Assembly: GCF_019464535.1 (NCBI RefSeq)
Contig: NZ_CP080507.1
Span: 150,001 to 182,000, forward strand
From: Horticoccus luteus
Lineage (GTDB): Bacteria > Verrucomicrobiota > Verrucomicrobiia > Opitutales > Opitutaceae
Direction: 5' to 3'
DNA: 32,000 bases
Shown here: positions 23,932 to 32,000 of the stretch, piece after piece
Position numbering within the stretch: the stretch's first letter is position 1
Layout of the letters: each line of letters starts with the position of its first letter
Made by a program: the position numbers and the translations under genes
The notes under the pieces: model-generated
Databases searched by the model: none
Told to the model about the DNA's origin: nothing
The model's input: only the letters and a program-made list of their open reading frames with translations

Positions 23932-24462
23932 TTACTCGGTCCCTTGAGCGTCGATGACCTTCAAGACATCGGCGGCCTGGCGATCGGTGGAGGCGGAGTA
24001 ATCGGCCCAGACGATCTTGCCGTCTTTGATGAGATACGCCTGGCGCTTGGCCATCGCGGACATCGGATACGTCGGCACGCCGAAGGCTTTGATGACGGTG
24101 TTGTCGGGATCAGCGATGAGCGTGAACGGAAAGTGGTTCTTGTCCTTGAACGCCTTTTGCGCGGCGACGTCGTCGTGGCTCACGCCGATGACGGCGACGC
24201 CCTTCTTGGTGAGCTTCTCATACGCATCGCGCAGCGAGCAGCCTTGGGCGGTGCAACCGGCGGTGTCGGCCTTGGGGAAAAAATAGACGAGGGTGTAGGG
24301 CTGTTGCTTATACACGGTCGCGAAATCGAGGGAGGCGCCGGTCTCGGTGGTGCCGGTGACGTCGGGTGCGGGATCGCCGACCTTGGCGGGAGCGGCGTGA
24401 GCGGAGGAGAAGATCATGGCGAAGGCGAGGGGGAGGGCGACGCGGAAGAATTTGAGGATCAT
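23932..24462 (-). CDS. bcp: Bcp/PrxQ-type thiol peroxidase (AhpC/TSA family) with N-terminal signal peptide, 176 aa
   Basis: Only the last 531 nt of the 463-aa track ORF look real. ATG 24462 gives the signal peptide MILKFFRVALPLAFAMIFSSAHA. The peroxiredoxin active-site block is VYFFPKADTAGCTAQGCSLRD (CxxxxC), followed by GVSHDDVAAQKAFKDKNHFPFTLIAD. Confidence 0.88.
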   Translation of the reverse strand: MILKFFRVALPLAFAMIFSSAHAAPAKVGDPAPDVTGTTETGASLDFATVYKQQPYTLVYFFPKADTAGCTAQGCSLRDAYEKLTKKGVAVIGVSHDDVAAQKAFKDKNHFPFTLIADPDNTVIKAFGVPTYPMSAMAKRQAYLIKDGKIVWADYSASTDRQAADVLKVIDAQGTE

Positions 24463-24639
24463 GGTGGAGCGGACGGTGGCGCGGAAGCGCGCGTTTCGCA
24501 AGTCGCGGCGCGGGCGGAGAAGGTTCCCGGAGCGAGGAAAATTCTCCGCAACTTTTCGTGACGGAACAACCGGTGATTTGGGGGTCCAACCGGCCCCGCC
24601 ATTCCGGCTTTCCGGCGTGGCGCTGAACAAACTGACATC

Positions 24640-25299
24640 ATGACTAAACAGAAAACCAATTGGAAAATCTTCGGCTTGATCGCGGCGGGCTCGTTGGGCC
24701 TCGCGACGGGTGCATTCGCGCAAAACGCGGATTTGGCGCCGCCGGTGCCGACCAGCGAACTCTCCGCCGGGCTGCTCGGCAAGGGTTACACGGCGATCGG
24801 CTGGAATTACGTCGATCTCGACGGCTCGTCGCCTTCGGCGGCGCGCGGGTTGACAGCGGCGTTTAACCAGCCGCTGCGCGCGGGCCTCGACTTGAACGTG
24901 AACTACGACTGGCTGCGCGCGGGCGTGCAGGGCGTGCATCTGACGCAGCAGCAGCTCGAAGGCGGCGTGACGGCCTATCAGGCGTATAGCTGGGGCAAGC
25001 CGTTTGTCGAAGCGGGCGCGGGCTGGGTGTGGGCGCGAGGCGGCGGCGCCTCGACCGACTCGTTCGCGTTTCACGTCGGCAGCGGCGTGGAATTCGCCGT
25101 GGCTCCGCGCTTGAGCGTGGCGCCGTTTGTGGAGTTCCGTCGGGCCACGGGTTTCAACGCCAATCAAATCGATCTGGGGGCCAAGGTGGCTTACCGGTTG
25201 ACGCGGGAGTGGAGTGCGGTGGCGAAGGTGCAATACGACGCCGTGCGCCACGACCGCGACCAGCGCGAGTATTCGCTGGGAGTGGCTTACCACTTCTAA
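24640..25299 (+). CDS. Small outer-membrane beta-barrel protein (OmpW/OmpX/Opa-like porin-family fold), 219 aa
   Basis: The signal peptide is MTKQKTNWKIFGLIAAGSLGLATGAFAQ. The body has alternating amphipathic beta-strand-like segments. The C-terminal OMP signature ...YSLGVAYHF ends in Phe. Confidence 0.75.
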   Translation: MTKQKTNWKIFGLIAAGSLGLATGAFAQNADLAPPVPTSELSAGLLGKGYTAIGWNYVDLDGSSPSAARGLTAAFNQPLRAGLDLNVNYDWLRAGVQGVHLTQQQLEGGVTAYQAYSWGKPFVEAGAGWVWARGGGASTDSFAFHVGSGVEFAVAPRLSVAPFVEFRRATGFNANQIDLGAKVAYRLTREWSAVAKVQYDAVRHDRDQREYSLGVAYHF

Positions 25300-25425
25300 G
25301 CGGACGCGTTGCCAAACAGCCAAGCGCCGGCGGTTCGCGGCCGGCGGTTGTGGCGGAAGGGAACCGCCTGCGCCGATCGCGCGCAGGCGGTGGGCAGGGC
25401 CGTGACGGGCGCCAGGCCGGTTCCG

Positions 25426-25449
25426 CGCCGAAAAGGCGACGGCGTTTTT
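25426..25449 (+). terminator. Weak intrinsic-terminator candidate after the OMP gene
   Basis: The arms are CGCCG (25426-25430) and CGGCG (25440-25444) with a 9-nt loop, followed by TTTTT (25445-25449). This is nested inside an outer 8-bp pairing, GGTTCCGC (25419-25426) with GCGGAACC (25450-25457). The inner stem is short. Confidence 0.35.
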
Positions 25450-25607
25450 GCGGAACCCCGGGCAGGCGGCACGCTCATACGCGGGATGATTTTATCCGCC
25501 TCTGTGCCGCCGATTGCGCTCGCGGCGCGGGGCATTCTAGCGGCTTGCGCTTCTCTAGGCTTCTCCGCCAGCGTCAGAGCTGATAGGTTCGTTTTCTGCT
25601 TTTTCCT

Positions 25608-28600
25608 ATGATATCTCTGTTGTGCCGGTCTTGGATGTATCGCGTTGGCTTCTTGGGCCTGGCTTTTCTCGCCGCCTTGGGAACGACGGGGCGTGCCCAG
25701 GCTTCATCCGTGACGTTCGACGGCTTCGAGCCGGACATCAATGGCGTCGTCAACATCATCGTCCGGCAGAACGACGGCAAGTTGATCATCGGCGGGCAAT
25801 TTACCCAAGTGCGCACCTACACGGCGGCACCGGTGGACCGGAATAATCTGGCGCGGTTTAATCGCGACGGGACGGTGGATCTATCGTTCAATCCCAACGT
25901 CAACGATGCCGTCACGACGCTGCTCCTGCAGCCCGATGGCAAGATCGTGGTGGGTGGTCGGTTCACGTCGGTGCAGCCGGCTGGGGCGGCGGCGGCCACG
26001 ACGTGCAATCGCGTGGTGCGTTTGCAAGCGGATGGCTCCGTCGACGCGACGTTCGATCCCACGGTCGGCGGCAACGCCGTGCTGACGGTCAACGCGCTCG
26101 CGCTTCAGGCCAACGGCCAGATTCTACTCGGGGCGCTGGCGCTGCCGGTGATGCCGGGCGACACGGCGCCGCACCGCCGGCTGGTGCGTTTGAACACGGA
26201 TGGTTCGGTCGATGCCTCGTTCGATCCGAATCCCAACAGCGTCGTCAACGCGATCGCGGTGCAAAACGACGGCAAGATTTTGGTCGGCGGTGGTTTCACG
26301 ACGGTGCAGCCCAACGGCGCCGCCACCGCGACCGTGCGTAATCGCATCGCGCGCTTCAATGCCGATGGCTCCCTCGACACGTCGTTCGATCCCAACGCGA
26401 ACAACGCGGTCAACGCCATTGTGGTGCAGCCCAACGGCGCGATTTTGGTGGGCGGCACGTTTACGCAGTTCACGCCGGCGCTCACCGGCGTGGTCTCCAG
26501 CCGCCCGCATCTCGGCCGCCTGACGCCGGCCGGCGATGTCGACAGCAGTTACAACCCGTCGCCCAACGGAAACGTTAACACGATCACGCTCGAATCCGAT
26601 GGTCGCGCGCTGATTGGCGGCACGTTCTCCGGCCTCGTGCCAAATAATCTCAGCGCGGTGGTGACGCGCAATTTCGTCGCCCGCGTGAACTACGACGGCT
26701 CGGTGGACATCAACTTTGATCCGAGCGCCAACTACGTGGTGAACACGATCGTGGTGGAGAGCGACGGTCGCATCGTACTGGGCGGCAATTTCACGCAGTT
26801 GCGCGTCGGCAGCCTGTATGCGGCGGTCCCGGTGAACCGCGTGGCCCGCGTGGCGAACGACGGATCCGCGGACGTGCCGTTTTCCTCCGACCTTGCCGGT
26901 CGGATTCTCACGACGGCGCAGCAAGCGGACGGAAAACTCGTGATCGGCGGCACGTTTGTGAGCATCGGCGGCTTCACGCATTTCCGCCTCGCGCGGCTGA
27001 ACATCGACGGCTCGGTGGACGGCACGTTCAACCCTACTTTCAACGGCACGGTGCAGGCGCTCAGCGTGCAATCAGACGGCAAGATTCTGGTCGGCGGGAC
27101 GTTTACCGCGACCAACGGGACCAACGCCGCCTACTTCGTGCGTCTCAACGTGGATGGCACGCTGGACACGACGTTCGCGCCCAACCCCACCGGTAGCGTC
27201 AACTCGATCGCGTTGCAGAGCGACGGCAAGGTTCTGTTCGGTGGCTTGTTCACGACGATCCAACCCAAAGGCGACACGGAATCGACGCTGCGCTACTACC
27301 TCGCCCGGCTGAATGCCGATGGCTCGGTGGACAAGAACTTCGATCCCGAGCCCAACGGCGCGGTGCTGACGATAGCCGTGCAGTCGGACGGGAAGATCAT
27401 GATCGGCGGCGCTTTCACGACGGTGCAGCCGAATGTGAAAACCGTTTACGCCCGTTACTATCTGGCGCGGCTCAATGCCGACGGCACGGTCGACGGAAAC
27501 TACATCGTGCACGCCACTAGTCAGGTCAACGCCTTGGTGGTGCAGAGCGACGGCAAGGTCGTCATCGGCGGCGCGTTCACGCAAATCCAGCCGCTGGGCC
27601 AGACCTTGGTCGAACGCCATCACCTCGCGCGCATCACGACCGACGGAAAAGTTGATCCCGACTTTGATCCCAATGTCAGCGATCCGGTTCTGACCCTCGC
27701 GTTGCAAGGCTCGAAAATTCTGGTCGGCGGCACCTTCACGCTTTTCCAGCCCAATGGCGCCGCTGCTCCCACCGCCCGCAATTTTTTTGCGCGCCTCAAT
27801 GCGGACGGTTCGCTCGATACGACGCTCAACCTGAATCCGAGCTACCGGCCGTATGACGCCGTTACCTCCGTCTTGGTCCAAGCCGACCAGAAGATCGTCA
27901 TCACGGGCGACTTTGTCAGCGTGGGCGTCGGTGGCGCGACCACGCCGCAAACCCATCTGGTGCGATTGAACGCGGATGGCAGCCTCGACCAAACCTTCCT
28001 GCTCGGCCGGGCCGACCGCACCCAAGTGCAGATCAACGCGCTCGCGATCGGTCTCACCGATCGCATCGTGGCGGGCGGCTCGTTCAGCAATCTCAACGGC
28101 TCCTTGAGCCCGAACCTCGCGCGTTTCAACTACGACGGCACGCCTGATCTCGCCTTTAACCCGGCACCCAACGGGCCGGTCAACGCGCTCGCCATCGTCG
28201 CCGGCGCCACCGCGCCGACCGGGGCGGTCTCCTGGCTGCAGAGCGACGGCACGCCCTTGGCCGACGCTGCGGCCAAATCGTTGCTCTCGGGCGCAGTCAG
28301 TTCGAGCGCGCGCCTGCCCGACGGCACGATAGTGCTCGGCGGATCGTTCTCCCGCGGCGATGGCAGCCCGGGCACGAATGTCGCGAAAGTCACGTCCACC
28401 GGCGGCCTGAGCGCCACGTTCACGCCGACGGTTTCGGGACCGGTGTATGCCGTCGCGGTGCAATCGGATGGCCGCATCCTGATCGCGGGCAACTTCGCCA
28501 CCGTCAACAGCAACGCCCACGCCAACCTGGCTCGACTCAACGCCGACGGCTCAATCGACACATCGTTCAATCCGAGCACCAACGGAGCGGTGCTGACGTT

Positions 28601-31541
28601 GGCGGTGCAATCCGACGGCAAGATCCTCATCGGCGGCGCGTTCACGACCGTGCAGGGCACGGGAGCGGCGACGGCGACGGATCGCGGTTATCTGGCGCGA
28701 CTCAACGCCGACGGCACCCTCGACACCGCCTACAACGTCATTTTCAACAACGCCGTCACGGCCGTGGCGCTGCAGTCCGATGGCAAGGCCCTGGTCGGTG
28801 GTTCGTATGGCACCGTGCAACCGGTGGGAGTGAACACGCCCGTCGACCGCCTGCACCTCATCCGCCTCAAAACCGACGGCACGATCGACTCTGATTTCAA
28901 CCCCGCGCCGAACGCTGAAGTTTACGCCATCACGGTGCAGCCGGATGGGCTCATCCTGATCGGCGGCGCGTTTACCACGATCTATGCGGATACGAGCGCT
29001 CCGGTGTCTCGCGCGCACTTCGCGCGGCTCGGGACCGACGGCCGCATCGATCCGACACTCGGCACGGTCTTCAACAGCAATGTGCAGGCGATCGCGTTGA
29101 CCTCGGACGGCAATATTCTCGTGGGTGGCGCGTTCACCACTGTGCTGCCCAACGACGCGACGGTGGCCGTGGCGCGGGCGCGGATCGCCCGGCTGAAACC
29201 GACGGGCGCTCTCGATACGACTTTCACGCCGAGCTACAATGGCTCGGTTAACGCCCTCACGATCGCGGCTGATGGCAACTACGTGGTCGGTGGCGGGTTT
29301 TCCGCGATCGAAGCGGAGGAGTCCGTCCTGGCGGGCGGCGCATTCACGGCGCTGAACAACGTCGCCGCCATTCGCCTCGCCTTGGTCAACGCCGATGGAT
29401 CGATCGATCCTTCGTTCGCGCCCAATCCCGACGGCGAGGTGCAGGCGTTGCTCCGCCAGCCCGACGGCAGCCTGCTGGTGGGCGGTCAATTTTCCGCCAT
29501 CGGCGGGGGCACTCGCAGCTATGTCGCCCGGTTGAGCGCCGCGGGCGCCCTCGACGGCTCATTCGATGCCGCGGTCAACGGACCGGTGACCGCGTTCGCC
29601 CCGCAGGCGGATGGACAACTTTTGCTCGGCGGTATCTTCACCACGGTGCATGGCACGCTGCGCAGTTACCTCGCCCGCGTGTCTGCGACGGGTGCCTTGG
29701 ATGCGTCCTTCAATCCGCTGCCCAACAGCCATGTTGACGCGATCGCGATTCAGGCCGACGGCAAGATCCTGGTTGGCGGCGGGTTCACGCAGATCGCCGG
29801 CGGTGCGCGCAACTATATCGCGCGACTCAATGCGGACGGCACGCTGGACGGCACCTTTACAGCGGATCCCAATGGCATCATCCAATCGATCGCCGTGCAG
29901 GCCGACGGACACATCCTGGTGTCGGGCACGAGCGTGACGGAAATCAGCGGCGCCGCGGTGCCGTATTTCGCGCGGCTCAACGCGGATGGTTCGTTCGACA
30001 CCACGTTCAGCACGAGCGGCGCCGGGCAGGTCACAGCGTTTGTGCCGGAGTCGGATGGCCGCGTGGTCATCGGCGGAAATTTTGAAACCGTTGACGGTCA
30101 GCCGCGCTTCAACATTGCGCGCATCTTCCTCGGCGGCACGGCCGCGCAGCACCTTGAGCTGAGCGCGGATATTGGCACGGTCACCTGGGTGCGCTCCGGT
30201 GCTTCGCCAGAATTGGCGGGGGTGGAATTTGAAACGGCGCCCGATGGCCAGTCGTGGACCCCCCTCGGCACCGCCACGCGCGTGGGCACGACGAGCAACT
30301 GGCAGCTCAGTGGATTGTCGCTCGCGAATGGGGCTGACGTGTTCATTCGGGCGCGCGGCGTCACGCTCACCGGGCCAAACACCTCTTCCGGTCTGCTGCA
30401 AAGCGCGCAGGAGTTTTACACCGCGGGCGTGCCGGCGATCTCCAGTCCCACGACCGTCAACGCCGCGACCGGCACGGCGTTCTTCTACGGCATCAAAGCC
30501 TCGAATTCGCCGACGACTTATGCGGCGACGGGATTGCCCGCGGGCCTGACCATCGACCCGGCGACCGGTTTGATCTCCGGCCAGGCGACGCAAACGGGCA
30601 CGTTCACCGTCAATCTCACCGCGACCAACGCGAACGGCACGGCGAGCGCCACGCTCACGTTGATTGTATCGACCCCGGCCGCCAGCACGGCGGCGCGGCT
30701 GGTGAACCTCTCGGCGCGGGTGGGCCTGACCGGCAGCGGCGCACCGGCCATCAGCGGTTTCGTCATCACCGGCAGCACCGCGCGCAGCGTGTTGGTGCGG
30801 GCTGCGGGTCCGGCGCTGGCGCATTACGGCGTGCAGCAACCGGCTTCGGCACCCCGCTTCACGGTGCACACTGCTTCGGGGGCTGTGGTGCTCAGCGCCG
30901 CCGCGTGGGATAGCAGCAACGGCCTGAGCACGGTCTTCGCGCAACTCGGCGCTTTCCCGTTTGATACCGGCAGCGCCGATGCGGCGACCGTTGTGACGCT
31001 CAATCCGGGCGCTTACACCGTCCACACCTCGACCGGCCTCGGCAGCGATGGCATCGCGCTCGCAGAAATCTATGATTCGGCCGCCATCGCGGGCGATACG
31101 ACGCGCCTCGTCAACTTGTCCACGCGGGCGACGATCTCGTCCGGTGAAGGCGTCGTGATTGGAGGCTTCGTGATCCACGGCACCGGGACGCGTCGCATGC
31201 TGGTGCGCGTGGCCGGACCGGCCCTGACCGGTTTGGGCGTCGCGGATGCGGTCACCGATCCCGTGCTTTCGCTCTACAACGCGTCCAACGTCGAAATCGC
31301 GCGCAACGACAATTGGGAAACGCCGGTGACGGTCGCCGGGGCCTACCCGGCGGTCAGCGCCAGCGAGATTTCGGGAAGCGCAGCGACGGCGGGTGCGTTC
31401 GCATTCGCCAGCGGCAGCAAGGATGCGGCGATCATCGTCACCCTGCCCGAAGGCACTTACACGGCGCAGGCCATGGGCGTGCTGGGTGCGACGGGCGAGG
31501 CGTTGATCGAGGTTTACGAATTGCCCGACCTCGCCCCGTAA
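25608..31541 (+). CDS. Giant secreted delta-60-repeat (beta-propeller-forming) protein with Ig-like module and two tandem C-terminal modules, 1977 aa
   Basis: The signal peptide is (MISLLCRSW)MYRVGFLGLAFLAALGTTGRAQA, with an alternative start at ATG 25635. About 26 repeats fit the pattern ARLNADGS(L/V)D.SFNPN.NG.V.A(L/I)AVQSDGKILVGG.FT.VQ. An Ig-like module follows (GLPAGLTIDPATGLISGQATQTGTFTVNLTATN), then two homologous modules of about 130-140 aa. No PEP-CTERM, LPXTG or other anchor is visible at the C-terminus. Confidence 0.88.
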   Translation: MISLLCRSWMYRVGFLGLAFLAALGTTGRAQASSVTFDGFEPDINGVVNIIVRQNDGKLIIGGQFTQVRTYTAAPVDRNNLARFNRDGTVDLSFNPNVNDAVTTLLLQPDGKIVVGGRFTSVQPAGAAAATTCNRVVRLQADGSVDATFDPTVGGNAVLTVNALALQANGQILLGALALPVMPGDTAPHRRLVRLNTDGSVDASFDPNPNSVVNAIAVQNDGKILVGGGFTTVQPNGAATATVRNRIARFNADGSLDTSFDPNANNAVNAIVVQPNGAILVGGTFTQFTPALTGVVSSRPHLGRLTPAGDVDSSYNPSPNGNVNTITLESDGRALIGGTFSGLVPNNLSAVVTRNFVARVNYDGSVDINFDPSANYVVNTIVVESDGRIVLGGNFTQLRVGSLYAAVPVNRVARVANDGSADVPFSSDLAGRILTTAQQADGKLVIGGTFVSIGGFTHFRLARLNIDGSVDGTFNPTFNGTVQALSVQSDGKILVGGTFTATNGTNAAYFVRLNVDGTLDTTFAPNPTGSVNSIALQSDGKVLFGGLFTTIQPKGDTESTLRYYLARLNADGSVDKNFDPEPNGAVLTIAVQSDGKIMIGGAFTTVQPNVKTVYARYYLARLNADGTVDGNYIVHATSQVNALVVQSDGKVVIGGAFTQIQPLGQTLVERHHLARITTDGKVDPDFDPNVSDPVLTLALQGSKILVGGTFTLFQPNGAAAPTARNFFARLNADGSLDTTLNLNPSYRPYDAVTSVLVQADQKIVITGDFVSVGVGGATTPQTHLVRLNADGSLDQTFLLGRADRTQVQINALAIGLTDRIVAGGSFSNLNGSLSPNLARFNYDGTPDLAFNPAPNGPVNALAIVAGATAPTGAVSWLQSDGTPLADAAAKSLLSGAVSSSARLPDGTIVLGGSFSRGDGSPGTNVAKVTSTGGLSATFTPTVSGPVYAVAVQSDGRILIAGNFATVNSNAHANLARLNADGSIDTSFNPSTNGAVLTLAVQSDGKILIGGAFTTVQGTGAATATDRGYLARLNADGTLDTAYNVIFNNAVTAVALQSDGKALVGGSYGTVQPVGVNTPVDRLHLIRLKTDGTIDSDFNPAPNAEVYAITVQPDGLILIGGAFTTIYADTSAPVSRAHFARLGTDGRIDPTLGTVFNSNVQAIALTSDGNILVGGAFTTVLPNDATVAVARARIARLKPTGALDTTFTPSYNGSVNALTIAADGNYVVGGGFSAIEAEESVLAGGAFTALNNVAAIRLALVNADGSIDPSFAPNPDGEVQALLRQPDGSLLVGGQFSAIGGGTRSYVARLSAAGALDGSFDAAVNGPVTAFAPQADGQLLLGGIFTTVHGTLRSYLARVSATGALDASFNPLPNSHVDAIAIQADGKILVGGGFTQIAGGARNYIARLNADGTLDGTFTADPNGIIQSIAVQADGHILVSGTSVTEISGAAVPYFARLNADGSFDTTFSTSGAGQVTAFVPESDGRVVIGGNFETVDGQPRFNIARIFLGGTAAQHLELSADIGTVTWVRSGASPELAGVEFETAPDGQSWTPLGTATRVGTTSNWQLSGLSLANGADVFIRARGVTLTGPNTSSGLLQSAQEFYTAGVPAISSPTTVNAATGTAFFYGIKASNSPTTYAATGLPAGLTIDPATGLISGQATQTGTFTVNLTATNANGTASATLTLIVSTPAASTAARLVNLSARVGLTGSGAPAISGFVITGSTARSVLVRAAGPALAHYGVQQPASAPRFTVHTASGAVVLSAAAWDSSNGLSTVFAQLGAFPFDTGSADAATVVTLNPGAYTVHTSTGLGSDGIALAEIYDSAAIAGDTTRLVNLSTRATISSGEGVVIGGFVIHGTGTRRMLVRVAGPALTGLGVADAVTDPVLSLYNASNVEIARNDNWETPVTVAGAYPAVSASEISGSAATAGAFAFASGSKDAAIIVTLPEGTYTAQAMGVLGATGEALIEVYELPDLAP
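25710..30135 (+). repeat. Array of about 26 delta-60-type repeats (protein-level tandem repeat)
   Basis: The core (N/T)xDG(S/T)(L/V/I)D..(F/Y)(N/D)P was counted about 26 times. Most units are about 55-60 codons. The last four (about 29480-30135) are about 48 codons and lack the VQPNGAA..TARN insert. Confidence 0.8.
30690..31523 (+). repeat. Two tandem homologous C-terminal modules of unknown function
   Basis: Module A (about 30690-31077) reads RLVNLSARVGLTGSGAPAISGFVITGSTARSVLVRAAGPAL...AATVVTLNPGAYTVHTS...GIALAEIYD. Module B (about 31097-31523) reads RLVNLSTRATISSGEGVVIGGFVIHGTGTRRMLVRVAGPAL...NDNWE...AAIIVTLPEGTYTAQAM...GEALIEVYE. Confidence 0.75.
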
Positions 31542-31553
31542 GCGCGGGCGCGC

Positions 31554-32000
31554 TTACCAGTCGTCACTCCGAAACGGCGCCGCGGGCAAACCGGCGCCGT
31601 TAAAGAGGTTCGCCTGCGGGACGTTGCTCCAGGCGTAGCGCACCGCGACGGGATGCGGCACGCTCGGTGACCGCACGACGAGGGTGCCCCGGTCGATCTT
31701 TCCTTCCGCGGGATGAAACACGCGGTCAGTCCCCGCGACTTCGAGTGACTGCAGCGGTTTGTCGTAAGCGACCAGACCGCTCGTCACGTGCGTGAACCGC
31801 ACGCGCAACGCCGAGCCTTCCGGTGTGGCCGAGGCGAAGACCGGCCCGCTCGCGTCGCCCGGAATGTCGTAGACTTTCGTTTCCGCCATCAGCGCCAGTC
31901 GGCGGCCGACCTCCTGTTTGTTGCGCGGGTGAATGTCCTTGGGGTCGCCGATGTCGAGGGTCACGGCCATGCCTGTCGCGGGCAGGGCGAGCGCCTCGGC
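31554..32000 (-). CDS. Sialate O-acetylesterase-like (SASA/DUF303 SGNH-type) protein, C-terminal fragment; 5' end beyond window
   Basis: The minus-strand frame is open to nt 32000 (AEALALPATG precedes the listed Met). Diagnostic blocks are GMAVTLDIGDPKDIHPRNKQEVGRRLAL and the C-terminal ...VAVRYAWSNVPQANLFNGAGLPAAPFRSDDW. Confidence 0.8.
   Translation of the reverse strand, partial: AEALALPATGMAVTLDIGDPKDIHPRNKQEVGRRLALMAETKVYDIPGDASGPVFASATPEGSALRVRFTHVTSGLVAYDKPLQSLEVAGTDRVFHPAEGKIDRGTLVVRSPSVPHPVAVRYAWSNVPQANLFNGAGLPAAPFRSDDW

Noticed and set aside
23932-25323. The 463-aa minus-strand ORF taken as a single gene.
   Set aside because: Only the 3' 531 nt (from ATG 24462) encode a signal peptide plus a complete Bcp/PrxQ domain. 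The upstream part is Arg-rich, overlaps the plus-strand OMP gene, and has no motifs.
1-32000. Search for tRNA/rRNA genes, CRISPR arrays, IS elements, integrases, and phage or defence-system genes.
   Set aside because: No T-loop or anticodon-arm-like tRNA signatures were recognised by eye. No regularly spaced short direct repeats, terminal inverted repeats, or transposase, integrase, nuclease or helicase motifs were recognised either. A proper tRNAscan, Infernal, CRISPR or ISfinder run was not possible.

Overview
High-GC (roughly 65-70% by eye) bacterial chromosomal window with no rRNA, tRNA, CRISPR array or recognisable IS/transposase. The gene content points to a Verrucomicrobiota/Opitutales-like genome: a PEP-CTERM anchor, autotransporter-associated beta-strand repeats and delta-60 repeats. 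That taxonomic call is inference only. Order of content: (1) 3' end of a LytS-type sensor kinase plus a LytTR response regulator. These sit directly upstream of a two-partner-secretion pair, a 2057-aa TpsA (TPS domain, about 12 MBG modules, unrecognised hydrophobic C-terminal domain) and its TpsB/ShlB-family transporter. (2) On the minus strand, a LuxR-type regulator followed by a 905-aa beta-helix PEP-CTERM surface protein. (3) A minus-strand CUT2-type sugar ABC importer (permease, binding lipoprotein, fused ATPase). It is divergent from a plus-strand run of sugar-1-P nucleotidyltransferase, cytoplasmic GH116 glycosidase, NahK/LnpB-like anomeric sugar kinase, IolB/KduI-family cupin and a kinase-fold hypothetical. 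(4) A signal-peptide-bearing Bcp/PrxQ peroxiredoxin divergent from a small outer-membrane beta-barrel protein. (5) A 1977-aa secreted delta-60-repeat protein with an Ig-like module and two tandem uncharacterised C-terminal modules. (6) 3' end of a sialate O-acetylesterase-like gene. The most notable observations are below.
- Phased AlgR-like direct repeats lie between the LytTR regulator and tpsA.
- The TpsA C-terminus looks membrane-active, and there is no room for an immunity gene before tpsB.
- A glycosidase, anomeric kinase and nucleotidyltransferase together suggest a sugar salvage route.
- An in-frame TAG sits near the 5' end of the LuxR gene.
- The coding frame switches at the 5' end of the kinase-fold gene.
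All family calls rest on motif recognition by eye. No database search was run, and domain boundaries are accurate to about +/-15 nt.
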